Assembly: GCA_030248215.1 (NCBI GenBank)
Contig: JASANG010003582.1
Span: forward strand, 1 to 64,000
From: Enoplolaimus lenunculus
Taxonomy: Eukaryota
Length of the DNA: 64,000 bases
Reading direction: 5' to 3'
A program made the position numbers and the translations under genes. Positions 35,898-48,775 of the stretch are shown piece by piece. How positions within the stretch are numbered: position 1 is the stretch's first letter; each line of letters starts with the position of its first letter. The notes beneath the pieces were generated by a model, which saw only the letters and a program-made list of their open reading frames with translations, made no database searches and was not told the origin of the DNA.

Positions 35898-38071
35898 AGG
35901 TACGTTGTATTATAATTTTTGTTGTACAACTAGAAACATAGTGGACGAGTGTGGCGGAGGCAGTTCCAGTATTCGGTACCTAAACTTTTTAAGTTTGGTT
36001 TCTCTTTCGGTCAGCTAAACATTTTTTACTGAGCCTAACCTGTACAGCCAAATCAACACGTAAAATCGAAAGTTTAAGAAAAAGCCTACTGTGCTGAGTG
36101 AGGTGATGTTATAAAGTCTGGTGACGTCCGGCGCCATCCTTGACCCTCTGGGTCATCGCCCATCACTGTCTGGTGCCCACTGTCACACTCACCACCATGC
36201 GTCAAGCACTGCAATAGCACCACATATTCCACAGTGTCACATATAAAACTGCGCTCCGGATACAGTGGTATGCCGCTATTTTTAATAAAAACAAACCTTG
36301 TGCGCGCTAAATTTTAAATTTTAGGTTCGATTCGATGTAGCATAAAAAACAAACTGTTGCACAAAAACATTTTGAAACATTTGTTCAAGTTCCGGGTTTT
36401 AAATTTTTTAAAATAAAGCGCGAACAATGGTGAAAGTTTGGACCCATTCACCAGGCCAGTAGAGTAGCCACTGGGCTAAAAAAGGGAGACACATGTTGTA
36501 AAATGATAAGGTCCCATCCCAACATTACATTTTACCTCAATTTTTTTGGTGATTTTCGTTTCATAACATTTGCCTTTGCCACCGCCCCGGCCCCATCAGA
36601 AATTCCTGGTTTCGTCGCCGAAATATCTACACTTTTAAAAACAGTGTTAAACGCTACAAAGTACATAAAACATTTTGCTGCTATTGCATACTGGCAACTG
36701 GCATACAAGGTTAAATTCTAAATTTTTTTCAAGCGACAGAAACGAGAAAGAAATTTTTCAATATCTGCATGTCGTTCTACAGCCTGAGAAATAAGAAAGT
36801 TAGAGGTTTGGCATTCCGCTATTGTCTTTGTTTATATATTCCCCACTGGTTTCGGTATCCGTCAAAAATTAACAACCGGTCGAACCTTGCTAGAAACTAA
36901 ACCTTCCGTTTATAGGGGAGTCTGAAATTGGTCAGGCGGGAACACCTTAAAACGCAAGAATGGCACAGTACTGCGACAATGCAACGCTGGTAATGAGAAA
37001 AGTAGAGATGCCCCCAACAGTGGTTTACCAAGGTTTATATTTTGTAAACTGAATATTCCACTCGCCGTTTCGGCCAGGACTCGGTAGCCCATTCGTAGTT
37101 CAAACACGACAATAATGCCAGTACGATTGTATTTCTATGCAAAAACCCGATGCGCATGTCATGCAGCCAGAATTTTATTTCTTTTCGGCATTTGCAACTA
37201 CAATTTAAGTAAAAAGTTTTTTCTCACCAATGATGGAGGCAAAGAAGATTAATATTCTCTATGCTTTCTCTGCATTTTCTGCTTGTACACTACCATACAA
37301 TACTACGCAGTTGAACAAGAACTCCAACTCGATCAGGGCACTACACATACTTTTAAGTTTTGTTTCCCAATAAAATATTAAACATTATTAACATTAAATA
37401 TTGCGAGGATGGATTGGCGGTCAATTGTTTAGCCAGGGACCTGGGGGATACGGAAGTCAACCGCCTTTTGAAATTTCTTCAGGTTATTTCGGCATTTTTA
37501 CAATGGGTAACCAAAAATTCTATTAAAATTTTTAATATGATTTGACCTCTCCAGAATCCTCCCAACGCCAATTTGCCATGTACTAAAATCTACAACGCAC
37601 AACGACTGTTTCTACTTCAACAAGCTATTTTGTTTCAAAAAATTACGAAATTTTTATAGTATATATTTTCACACTGGTTTTTGACGTTCCTTGATAGTGT
37701 GATAGCGCTACGCAGTATAGATGATTAATAAAAGCGGGATGTTTAAATATTTGCGGTATTCGGTTGTTCTCATTTGTTTTGTTAGTGTTTTAGTTTATGT
37801 GCAAAACCACAGGGAATGTATCCGGTCCCTGGACTTTTTGAAAATAAAACTTCAAGCAGCGTGTGCTGGTAAATCATATTTCTAACGTAAGCCTAAACCT
37901 CAGGACATAGACGTAAAATAATAATAAATAAGCTTACTACGTTGTTTCATATCCATCAAAATAGGTTCTCCAATCAAATGGGCCTGAGTTATAGTTTGAA
38001 AAGAATTTTATTAACGTATATATGCTAGACAAAATATTGATACATATAGGGTCTATGCTGATGCTTTTTGC

Positions 38072-39309
38072 AGGGTACAGTCGGAATTCCGATTCAAATT
38101 AGAATTCCGATTAAAAACGAGTTCCGATTCCGAATCCTATTTTGATTGCACAAAATTCCGATTACGGTATAGTCCAGTTCCGCTTTGCACAAAAGAAACT
38201 AACCAAAATTAAAAGCCTTCTAACTGGGTCCGGTGTTTCTTTCATTTCCATGAGCGACACCTAATAAATAATTGGGTTACAATAATATATACGTATACCT
38301 ATATGTTACGTTATCTTCTGAGTTACGAGATTTCGGATTATTAATAAGTACTTAGGCCAGGGTGCAACCGGCATTCCGATTGTGATTAGAATTCCTATTC
38401 AAAACGAGTTTCGATTCCGATTCCGATTGTTGCATAAAAAATTTTGTATCATTTGCCTAAATTGCTTTCGATCAGTTAACTTATATATCTCAATAATGGA
38501 TTATTGTTTAGCTTTACATAACTAGAAACCATCGCCAATTTCTTCATGCGACGTTTTTTAAAATTGTTGTCAGCTGACAGACACATCAAATCAGTATTAT
38601 ATTTGCGTATACAAATTATTCGTACAGTCGTAAATATCCTAGTTCAGATTCCGAACACAATTCCGGTACAAATTTACTGTTCCGATTCAGTTTGTTCCGA
38701 TTTAGTTTCCGGTATAGTCCAGCTCCATTTTGAACCCTGACTTAGATGTGTAAAAAATCAATATTGGTACAACTGTTTATGCATGTTCATTGTATACTTT
38801 GATTTGTGCATTTTCAGCGCGTAATATATAAGCTAATACTTGCAGTATTTTAAAATTAACTCGATAAACAGCTGAATCACAATTATCATTTTGATCCAAT
38901 CTCTGTCTTAACGTACGTACGTTCGCACGCAATATTTTATCATATATTTATCAGGGATCAGCCGGATATCCGGCTATCGTTCCGGTAAAAACTTGAATTT
39001 TAGATCCGGTTCCGATATATTGCAACCTGCCGGATAATATTGCAAAAATCTTCAAAAGAATTAATTGCTTAGTGTGTTTTCAATTATAATTGTGCTGCTC
39101 ATTTACTTACTTTTGCATCTTGGTTCTTTGTTTTTAAAGGTTTGGATGAATTTTGTTATTTTTATACAACATCGAACAATAGCAGCATATCAGTGAAATT
39201 AAACAAAACCACGTATATATGAAAAATATCCAGCTCCAGTTCATGTAACTGTCGAAGCCGGATATTGAACTATCCGGCTCTGGAATTTTTTACATCCAGT
39301 TGAACCCTG
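38072..39309. mobile_element. Cluster of CAGGG-ended MITEs (~38072-38205 partial, 38359-38739, 38952-39309)
   Basis: cagggtgcaaccgg...gaaccctg and cagggatcagccgg...gttgaaccctg, with ttccga/atccgg subterminal repeats. Confidence 0.75.
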
Positions 39310-39450
39310 ATACGTATGTATTTATGTCTTCTTTGTCTTTACCTGTGGCTGATAAGCAGTCACGCCCAATATTTCTGCAGCATGCCAGTCAATGACTAAA
39401 GTGAAGATTGGCAAATTTTACAATTTTAGATGAGGGCACCTTACGTACGC

Positions 39451-39484
<34 letters not shown>

Positions 39485-39618
39485 ATGCTCTAATTTTTAC
39501 GTTATAAATTTTGCATGAACGTGCACTATAAACGTTCAGTGGGCTGAGTTGTTTCACGACATATACCTAAATTTCGTAGTGAATATCAGTTTAGGGGGCG
39601 GGGTCTTCATATTGGCTT

Positions 39619-42350
39619 TTGGAACTACGAACAGAGTGAATTTTACGAGCCTAAAACTCATAAAAATTGGAAGAAACTTTCAAATAACCACTGTAATACC
39701 TCCTTCACATTTGAGGGAAATGCTCATTGCTCACTTACATGCATACGTCTGTACGTAAAACAGAGCAAACTTTTTGTTATTTTTAACAATAAAGTCTCTT
39801 GGAACTATGAACAGAGTGAATTTTACGAGCCTAAAACTCATAAAAATTGGAAGAAACTTTAAAATAACCACTGTAATACCTCCTTCACATTTGAGGGAAA
39901 TGCTCATTGCTCACTTACATGCATACGTCTGTACGTAAAACAGAGCAAACTTTTTGTTATTTTTAACAATAAAGTCTCTTGGAACTATGAACAGAGTGAA
40001 TTTTACGAGCCTAAAACTCATAAAAATTGGAAGAAACTTTCAAATAACCACTGTAATACCTCCTTCACATTTGAGGGAAATGCTCATTGCTCACTTACAT
40101 GCATACGTCTGTACGTAAAACAGAGCAATCTTTATGTAATTTTTAACAATAAAGTCTCTTGGAACTATGAACAGAGTGAATTTTACGAGCCTAAAACTCA
40201 TAAAAATTGGAAGAAACTTTCAAATAACCACTGTAATACCTCCTTCACATTTGAGGGAAATGCTCATTGCTCACTTACATGCATACGTCTGTACGTAAAA
40301 CAGAGCAAACTTTTTGTTATTTTTAACAATAAAGTCTCTTGGAACTATGAACAGAGTGAATTTTACGAGCCTAAAACTCATAAAAATTGGAAGAAACTTT
40401 CAAATAACCACTGTAATACCTCCTTCACATTTGAGGGAAATGCTCATTGCTCACTTACATGCATACGTCTGTACGTAAAACAGAGCAAACTTTTTGTTAT
40501 TTTTAACAATAAAGTCTCTTGGAACTATGAACAGAGTGAATTTTACGAGCCTAAAACTCATAAAAATTGGAAGAAACTTTCAAATAACCACTGTAATACC
40601 TCCTTCACATTTGAGGGAAATGCTCATTGCTCACTTACATGCATACGTCTGTACGTAAAACAGAGCAATCTTTTTGTTATTTTTAACAATAAAGTCTCTT
40701 GGAACTATGAACAGAGTGAATTTTACGAGCCTAAAACTCATAAAAATTGGAAGAAACTTTCAAATAACCACTGTAATACCTCCTTCACATTTGAGGGAAA
40801 TGCTCATTGCTCACTTACATGCATACGTCTGTACGTAAAACAGAGCAATCTTTATGTAATTTTTAACAATAAAGTCTCTTGGAACTATGAACAGAGTGAA
40901 TTTTACGAGCCTAAAACTCATAAAAATTGGAAGAAACTTTCAAATAACCACTGTAATACCTCCTTCACATTTGAGGGAAATGCTCATTGCTCACTTACAC
41001 GCATACGTCTGTACGTAAAACAGAGCAAACTTTTTGTTATTTTTAACAATAAAGTCTCTTGGAACTATGAACAGAGTGAATTTTACGAGCCTAAAACTCA
41101 TAAAAATTGGAAGAAACTTTCAAATAACCACTGTAATACCTCCTTCACATTTGAGGGAAATGCTCATTGCTCACTTACATGCATACGTCTGTACGTAAAA
41201 CAGAGCAAACTTTTTGTTATTTTTAACAATAAAGTCTCTTGGAACTATGAACAGAGTGAATTTTACGAGCCTAAAACTCATAAAAATTGGAAGAAACTTT
41301 CAAATAACCACTGTAATACCTCCTTCACATTTGAGGGAAATGCTCATTGCTCACTTACATGCATACGTCTGTACGTAAAACAGAGCAATCTTTTTGTTAT
41401 TTTTAACAATAAAGTCTCTTGGAACTATGAACAGAGTGAATTTTACGAGCCTAAAACTCATAAAAATTGGAAGAAACTTTCAAATAACCACTGTAATACC
41501 TCCTTCACATTTGAGGGAAATGCTCATTGCTCACTTACATGCATACGTCTGTACGTAAAACAGAGCAATCTTTATGTAATTTTTAACAATAAAGTCTCTT
41601 GGAACTATGAACAGAGTGAATTTTACGAGCCTAAAACTCATAAAAATTGGAAGAAACTTTCAAATAACCACTGTAATACCTCCTTCACATTTGAGGGAAA
41701 TGCTCATTGCTCACTTACACGCATACGTCTGTACGTAAAACAGAGCAAACTTTTTGTTATTTTTAACAATAAAGTCTCTTGGAACTATGAACAGAGTGAA
41801 TTTTACGAGCCTAAAACTCATAAAAATTGGAAGAAACTTTCAAATAACCACTGTAATACCTCCTTCACATTTGAGGGAAATGCTCATTGCTCACTTACAT
41901 GCATACGTCTGTACGTAAAACAGAGCAAACTTTTTGTTATTTTTAACAATAAAGTCTCTTGGAACTATGAACAGAGTGAATTTTACGAGCCTAAAACTCA
42001 TAAAAATTGGAAGAAACTTTCAAATAACCACTGTAATACCTCCTTCACATTTGAGGGAAATGCTCATTGCTCACTTACCATACGTCTGTACGTAAAACAG
42101 AGCAAACTTTTTGTTATGTTTAACAATAAAGTCTCTTGGAACTATGAACAGAGTGAATTTTACGAGCCTAAAACTCATAAAAATTGGAAGAAACTTTCAA
42201 ATAACCACTGTAATACCTCCTTCACATTTGAGGGAAATGCTCATTGCTCACTTACATGCATACGTCTGTACGTAAAACAGAGCAATCTTTATGTAATTTT
42301 TAACAATAAAGTCTCTTGGAACTATGAACAGAGTGAATTTTACGAACCTA
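39619..42350. repeat. 180-bp tandem satellite, ~15.2 near-identical units
   Basis: Unit ggaactatgaacagagtgaattttacgagcc...aataaagtctctt repeats every 180 bp; one 3-bp deletion at ~42079. Confidence 0.98.
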
Positions 42351-42527
42351 CAATTTCAAAAATTAGCTTCTTACTTTATGTTCTTAGGAAAGAAATGCGA
42401 AGACTGAGTTTTACAAGAGTATGCTCACTAATTTTGCAACGTATTCATTTTAAAGCTTACTGGCTCGAATAGGTATTTACTTTTGCAGTTGTGTATCCTT
42501 TATTGGTTTTAGGTCATCAACGTAAAT

Positions 42528-42740
42528 GGCCAATGTTACTTTAAGGGGCGTAACAGTCGATTAAGCGTATTCCAAAGCCTAAGCCTAAGCGTAAAGTAAG
42601 CGTTGCAAAAATGTGTTCCAAAACCTAAGCCTAAGCCCAAGGCAAACCTAAGCCTAAGCAAATAAATTAATCTTTAATCTAAACTTACCATTTTATAGAC
42701 ACACCACAAACCTGGACGTCCCTAAAAGTAAAATGGACCC
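42528..42740. mobile_element. GGCC/CCTAAG element copy
   Basis: ggccaatgttactttaaggggcgt ... acgtccctaaaagtaaaatggaccc. Confidence 0.85.
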
Positions 42741-44457
42741 TATTTGAAATTTGTACAATTCGTCGTCCAACAACTCGCGAACAGACTACTTGTAATTCAA
42801 CATTTCATCGACGCAGACAACCTATCGCTCTGAAACCTCATCGACTAAACGCACAAAAACTTAAGCCAAAGGTATTGTATCTCGCCTACGAGTTGTCAAA
42901 GTTTCTGGTGGCTGGTAGACGAGTAGTTGGGGACCAAATGTCTTGCACTAGGCTACAAGTTGTCATTCGCCGAGTTGTTGTTGGGCGATGTCATATATGT
43001 ACAGAATTATATATGATTTAAAACTTTGAAAAAATTTTTGGCCTTAATTTGATGGGGCGTTGCGCGTGCGAACATCTTTATTAGTACAATTTTTTACATG
43101 TTGCTGCCTATTCAGCTTGTACAAAAAAGAAAAATTTGTCGACTTGAGGACTAAAGTTTGCGCTATATATATATACCCGCCGCTCGCCGCCGGCCGCCGT
43201 CGCGCGCTAGCACTCGGCACGATAAAATTTGTTTTATACTAAAAATTGTGGTACGTTTGATAGCATTTCCTGTATGCTTTTGTTTACATAACAATGTATA
43301 GCGGCACGTGCCGGCATCCGGCTCATTAAACTATAGCGCAACTCTAATTGGTTACTGCGTGCTGCGAGGGGCTTCGTGGACAGCAGCCCTCTATTCTGCT
43401 TAGGGTCCCTGAAAATTGCGGAGGGCTTAGGGCAGCAGCCATCTTTTAAAAAAGCGGAGAAATTTTCTTTCATATGGCTAGTGAGTACGGTTACTGAACA
43501 GGTAATTGCTCCCGTATCGCGTAAAGTCGGATTTAAACGGAACACTGGAACATCTTTCGGACCATCTATAATAAAGATCAGCGGAAGAATATGCTCATTC
43601 TTACACCTACGCTTAGGCTTAAGCTTTAGGTTAAGGCTTAAAGGATAAAACAAAACGGTGGGCCGACGGCCACGGGCAAACAATAAAAAATGTCGAAAAA
43701 AATATATTTTAATATTTAAAACATATCAGAAAATGAATCACACTGGACACTGGAAACGTAAAATTATTTTAATTCATATTCAAAACTGGTATATATACCT
43801 TTTTATACATGTTAAATACTGCAGTATTAAAAACATTGCAGCCTAGTGTTTTTGTTGGCCCGCCGAATTTTGAAAATGCACTAGCTGATCGGAAAGCATA
43901 CCTGCACTTGCACCGGGGCTGTATACGAAACTTTTCATTCTGCGATGATATACGTGAAGTGTGACAATTGGAAATTGATTTGGATTTTGAATTTGAATGC
44001 GTTTCAGTTGAATCGGTAGGCATATATACGTATAGATGGGTAAAGGTTTAGTATTTTTAACCTTTGAGCAGGTTTGAACCGGTACGAGAAGATTTGTATT
44101 TGTTTAGAAAGCAGGTTTGAGCCGGTAGTGTGCTGCGACAGCGTTATCTGACTGGGAACGCAGGAGGCGTAGTAGACATGCAAAATTAAAACTGGCTGGG
44201 TTGTTGAGTATTTAACAAACTTCGCACTGTTTTACACCGACGCACAATTCTTCACTCAACAACCCAAACACATTTCATGCGCAACCTTAACCTTTCCTTT
44301 AATTTTGTTAATTTTTATGACCACAAAATCGCCACGTTATACACGTAAAAACACAAACACTCTACTGATCACTTTTGTACAAAACCACCTGTCACAGCGC
44401 GATGAGCTTTGAACATTTGATTTTATTTTTCATTGGGCTGTATTCTACCTTAAAAAA

Positions 44458-45967
44458 AGGGTACAACCGGAGGTCTGCCTCCGGCCCCGGCAGAAGATCG
44501 GCGTCCGGGCCCGTCTCCGGTAAAATTTACGCCGGAGGTTCCGGCAATTTTGGTAGTAAAATTTTGCATAATTTTGCAAAATTTATCCGTTTGAACGCTT
44601 TTTGTTTTAATACTTTTGTCGAAATTTTTAGGAAAGAATTTCCGAAAATTCGCAGATAATTAGCGTAAAACCAAAACAACATATTGCAGATATTGGCTAA
44701 AATTTAACTAAAATTATAACCAGTTAACCATCATCGTTACTACTTAATTTCGCCTCACCTCCTGCTCCGGCTCCGGCAAGTTTCGTTGACCTCCGGCTCC
44801 GGTATTTTTCATCTCCGGTTGCACCCTGATATATATGTTTTACAGTCCTACCAGAAACGGGAACGGCCCTAAAAATGGGTCGCCGAATGCGTATATATAC
44901 TATGAATATAGTCGTGTATATATAGTTGGGTTTTTAGGAACACGGTGGGTTATCGCAATTGTAATCAGTGTATATATACGATATTAAAATTTTACACGTA
45001 GGCGTACGAATGTGTGTTATGTGTTAAAATTCTGTTTTTTATAGTTTGGTTTTGGTATTTTATACAGTGATCGATCCAACCGGAACTAGATTTTGTCGGA
45101 AGGGGAATCGGAATCGGTATCAAATTTTTCTGTCGGAACCGGAATCGGAATCGGAATCAAGCTTTAGTACTTAAAGGTGTATGACTTAACTTTTGTTGTA
45201 GTATGCCTGTTTCCGTACTGTTCACAGTTTCAGTAAAAAATGTTTATATAGCTGACGAAATACATGCAAAAACTCGGAATATTTTAAGAAAAAACCAAAA
45301 GAATAAACGAACGAAACAAACCGAAACAAGAAAAATCTAAGTTCAATCATCTTAAACTCATAAATCAGAATTCCGACATCGAAACATTTGTCAGCCGGAA
45401 TCGGAAGTCAACTTTTGCCGGAATTTTACCGCAATCGGAATTCCGATGGAACGCTGGTATTCTGCATAAATTTCAACTATAGTTGAAAAATGCTATTTTT
45501 CTGTGGTCAAAATCGTACTATTTTGGACCTGAACATTGTTCTGGGCTTCCACTCTTGTGCGAACCATAAAGATGCCTTTCATTAAATATATAGACTAGGT
45601 TGGTTTAGGTTCAGTTGTAGGTACACTTCACTCCACTGTTAAGGAGTACGGTCAGATTTTAGGCCACATTTTTTGCTTAGGCTTAGGTTTACACTTTGCT
45701 CAACGCTTAAGCTTAGGTTTACAAAAACCACCTGTATTTCGAGAATTATACTTTGCCACTGAAAATTTACACTGAGAAAATACTGTGTAAACTGTGAAAT
45801 AAAGAAATAAAACCTATTTGGTTTCACGACTAAAAATTAATAACGAAATCATAACATTTAAATTCAAAAATTCCGATTCCAGTTCCGATTCCGGTTCCGA
45901 CGAGCAAATAATTTAATTCCGATTCCGATTCCTATCTCAACAAAATTAAGTTCCGGTTGGAACCCTG
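44458..45967. mobile_element. CAGGG-family MITE cluster (~44458-44828, ~45065-45456, ~45865-45967)
   Basis: gggtacaaccggagg...ctccggttgcaccctg; inverted relative at 62452-62817; ggaatc/ttccga subterminal arrays. Confidence 0.75.
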
Positions 45968-48354
45968 ATACGTAACGTACTGCCCATTTCCTGCCTTCCT
46001 AACTGCGTAAAACTTGATTTTAAACGCTGATATATTATATATTTATACATGTATATATTCGTATATATATATATACTGAAAATTGTAACTACCTGCTTTT
46101 TATATCAGACGTTTTTGCTGCTCGTATTCATTGTAGTTTAAAATATGAAGCTAGCTGAACTAAAAAGCAGATGTAAAATTTATGTTGCCTCAACTGAGGC
46201 CTAATTTTAGTCTCAGGATGATTTGCTATGAATGATGTTTCTTTGATCTTAATCGCTGTGAATATATCTGTTTAATAGTTGTTTTTGTTTGACCCAACTG
46301 TGTACATTCCCATGCAATGTAAAGCAAATTTCAAACAAAACTTTTGATTAAAACTTCATGTACCTTTAAAACTAAAAATCCACTAATAAATTTAGTACAT
46401 TTTTGTAAAACTGAAACCTGCAAGTTTGTGGTCAGTCAAGTTTGGAGATGCCAGTTTTTAACATCCTGACACTTTTGAAATGGGTCCCTATGTTTGCGCG
46501 CTGTTAAAGTTGATTTTATTTTCTCCTGTTAGTCAACATATACATATTACGCATATTGTAGCTCATGTTGACAGTTATCTTTAGGTTTTCTAACCTCGCC
46601 CCGGTTGGCACCGGCCTCGGGAAAAATACCGGTCCCCGACAAACGTATTGGGTGTGTTTCATTAAAGATAGTATTTGAAAATTAAATTTTTCAATTAATC
46701 CCATCTCACATGAATATTTTCTATTTCTTCTGCATGACTTTGCTTCAAATTATCTTCCATACATACATACATACATACACTTTAGCTGATATAGTGCGTT
46801 CTAAAGTTCTCAAACAAAATTCCTAATAAATAGCCATAATACGTCAGTTTGTAGCCAGCGTCATGTTCGCGTGTGTGCAATAATAACTTTTGTGATTAAT
46901 TGTGCAGATAGGATTTTTCGTCATATGAATATTCCGAGACGCTTGAACCTAATTTCGCATGTAGGGGAGATTGTACACGAACAAGAGCCGTCTGATTTAC
47001 TAATTCACTCATTGGGAAGAACTTTTGGAGTGGAAAAAGGTAACAAAGTATATTAAAATTTAAAAAAATAAAATAAACGAAATAAATTCTTTAAGTGCCC
47101 ACAATGGAGCAGTGTAAAATCTTTCATTCTGCAAACACCACACCACAAAGGTATAAAAGATCAGGCCCGCAGTCAGCTGACCTTGCTCGCGTTGGCTAAC
47201 ATATTTTCAGGATGGGCATACAAGGGTTTTAAGCTTAAAAATATTCTAGGGAGAGGCAAAAAATTTTCCAGCGGTCGCTGAGCCACCATGCCTCCCCCAC
47301 CGTTTGGCTACGGGCCCGTATAAGATACAAACGATAAAACTCGAAGCTTCAGTTGCTGCTTATAGTACAAAAGATTATATTATTATTCGGCGACAAAAAA
47401 ACTATGTATATCAAAACCGTGATCATCTGGGTATTTTTTAATGTTACAAATATATCGCCAAGAGATTTTTTCACTATACACACTGCTATTGTCGTGTTTG
47501 TTTCTGTATTGTTTTGGTTGGTTTTCTCATTTTGATACAAGAAGAACTAGTTTCACGACGATATTTTAATATATTTACGCCGCTTGATTTGATATTGCAT
47601 GCGTAGTTTTATTTTTGCTTCTCGCCAAAAACCTTTTCGAACAGTGTGTTGTAGCAAATGATGTTGTGACACATGGGCCTTTTATGGCGCTCTATGAGTA
47701 CATACCGTTCGAGAGTTTGTTTTGCTGGGTTTAAATTAGATCATTTTCTTTTCATATATATCTGTCTTCCCTTCCTTTGCTTGTATAACGTATTTTATCC
47801 CTTTAGGTTTGGTCAAGCTTTATGGCTGTCGCCTGGTTAAATAGTAGCGTAGGCACTCTTTTAGTCTGCTAAGTGTCTCGTTCGTTCTGTATGTATATAT
47901 TATACGTATAACAAAGCAATATATCCTGGATAGTAGTTATATGTTGGGCGTAGGTAGAATATTGGCTTGGGGATGACCACAGGAAAAGTATAACTTTTTA
48001 TAGGTTGTAGCTATAAGATCAATAGGTTTTTCTAAAAACCGGCATTTATAAACCGCAAAGTATATTTTGTAAGCCATTGGACCAGGTCACGGACATCCCG
48101 CCACTTGAGACCCATCACTGGAGACGCCCTTGAGTATTAATATGTTGACTGGCTTGTAAATGTATGGGCGAGGAAATAGTTTAGTTCATTTAATATACGT
48201 ATATTATATTTGTATATTTGCATTTCTCTGGTTTGTATCACACTACTATATTGAATGCTTCTGTGGTCGTAGTACTGGCTATTTATTGTTGTTTGAAAGC
48301 TTTGTTTTTCGCCAAAACCTCTGATTGTACGTTGAAGAGTTAGTTACTTTCGGC

Positions 48355-48496
48355 AAACAGTCAAAATTCGTCTCCGACTGAGTCAAATCTGACTCAATTT
48401 GACTCTGGTGGAATCGAATTTTGCCTCAGTTTGTGTATTAAATCAAGAAAAGCCTATTTCGGAGAGAGTCAATTTGACTCACCGTTTTTTGCAGTG
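48355..48496. mobile_element. CACTG (CMC/EnSpm-like) MITE, one-sided copy
   Basis: gagtcaatttgactcaccgttttttgcagtg end; same family at 53151-53290 and 58349-58554. Confidence 0.7.
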
Positions 48497-48644
48497 TATA
48501 TACGTACCTACATCAAATTTAAGAAATTGTTTGACTCTTTGTACTTTTTATTCTGGAAGAACAAAAATCTTGTCTCCGTCTCCCACGGGCATACAGGCAG
48601 GACTTTTAAAGGGTGTTTTTCTGCAATTGTGGTATAAAGGCTGA

Positions 48645-48775
48645 GGGCCAATGTAACTTTAAGGGGTGTACGTGTAATAGAAGATTAAGCGTATTCCTAA
48701 GATTAAGCCTAGCAAAAATGTAATCTAAAATCTAAACCTGCCCTTTTTAAATACACCAGAAACCGGGACGCCCCT
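48645..48775. mobile_element. GGCC/CCTAAG element copy (further degenerate copies ~1604-1741, 16597-16705, 51836-52000, 53518-53700, 61794-61935)
   Basis: gggccaatgtaactttaaggggtgta...gattaagcgtattcctaag...gggacgcccct. Confidence 0.75.

Noticed and set aside
39619..42350. CRISPR-like array
   Set aside because: Whole units are near-identical with no unique spacers; eukaryotic context; no cas genes
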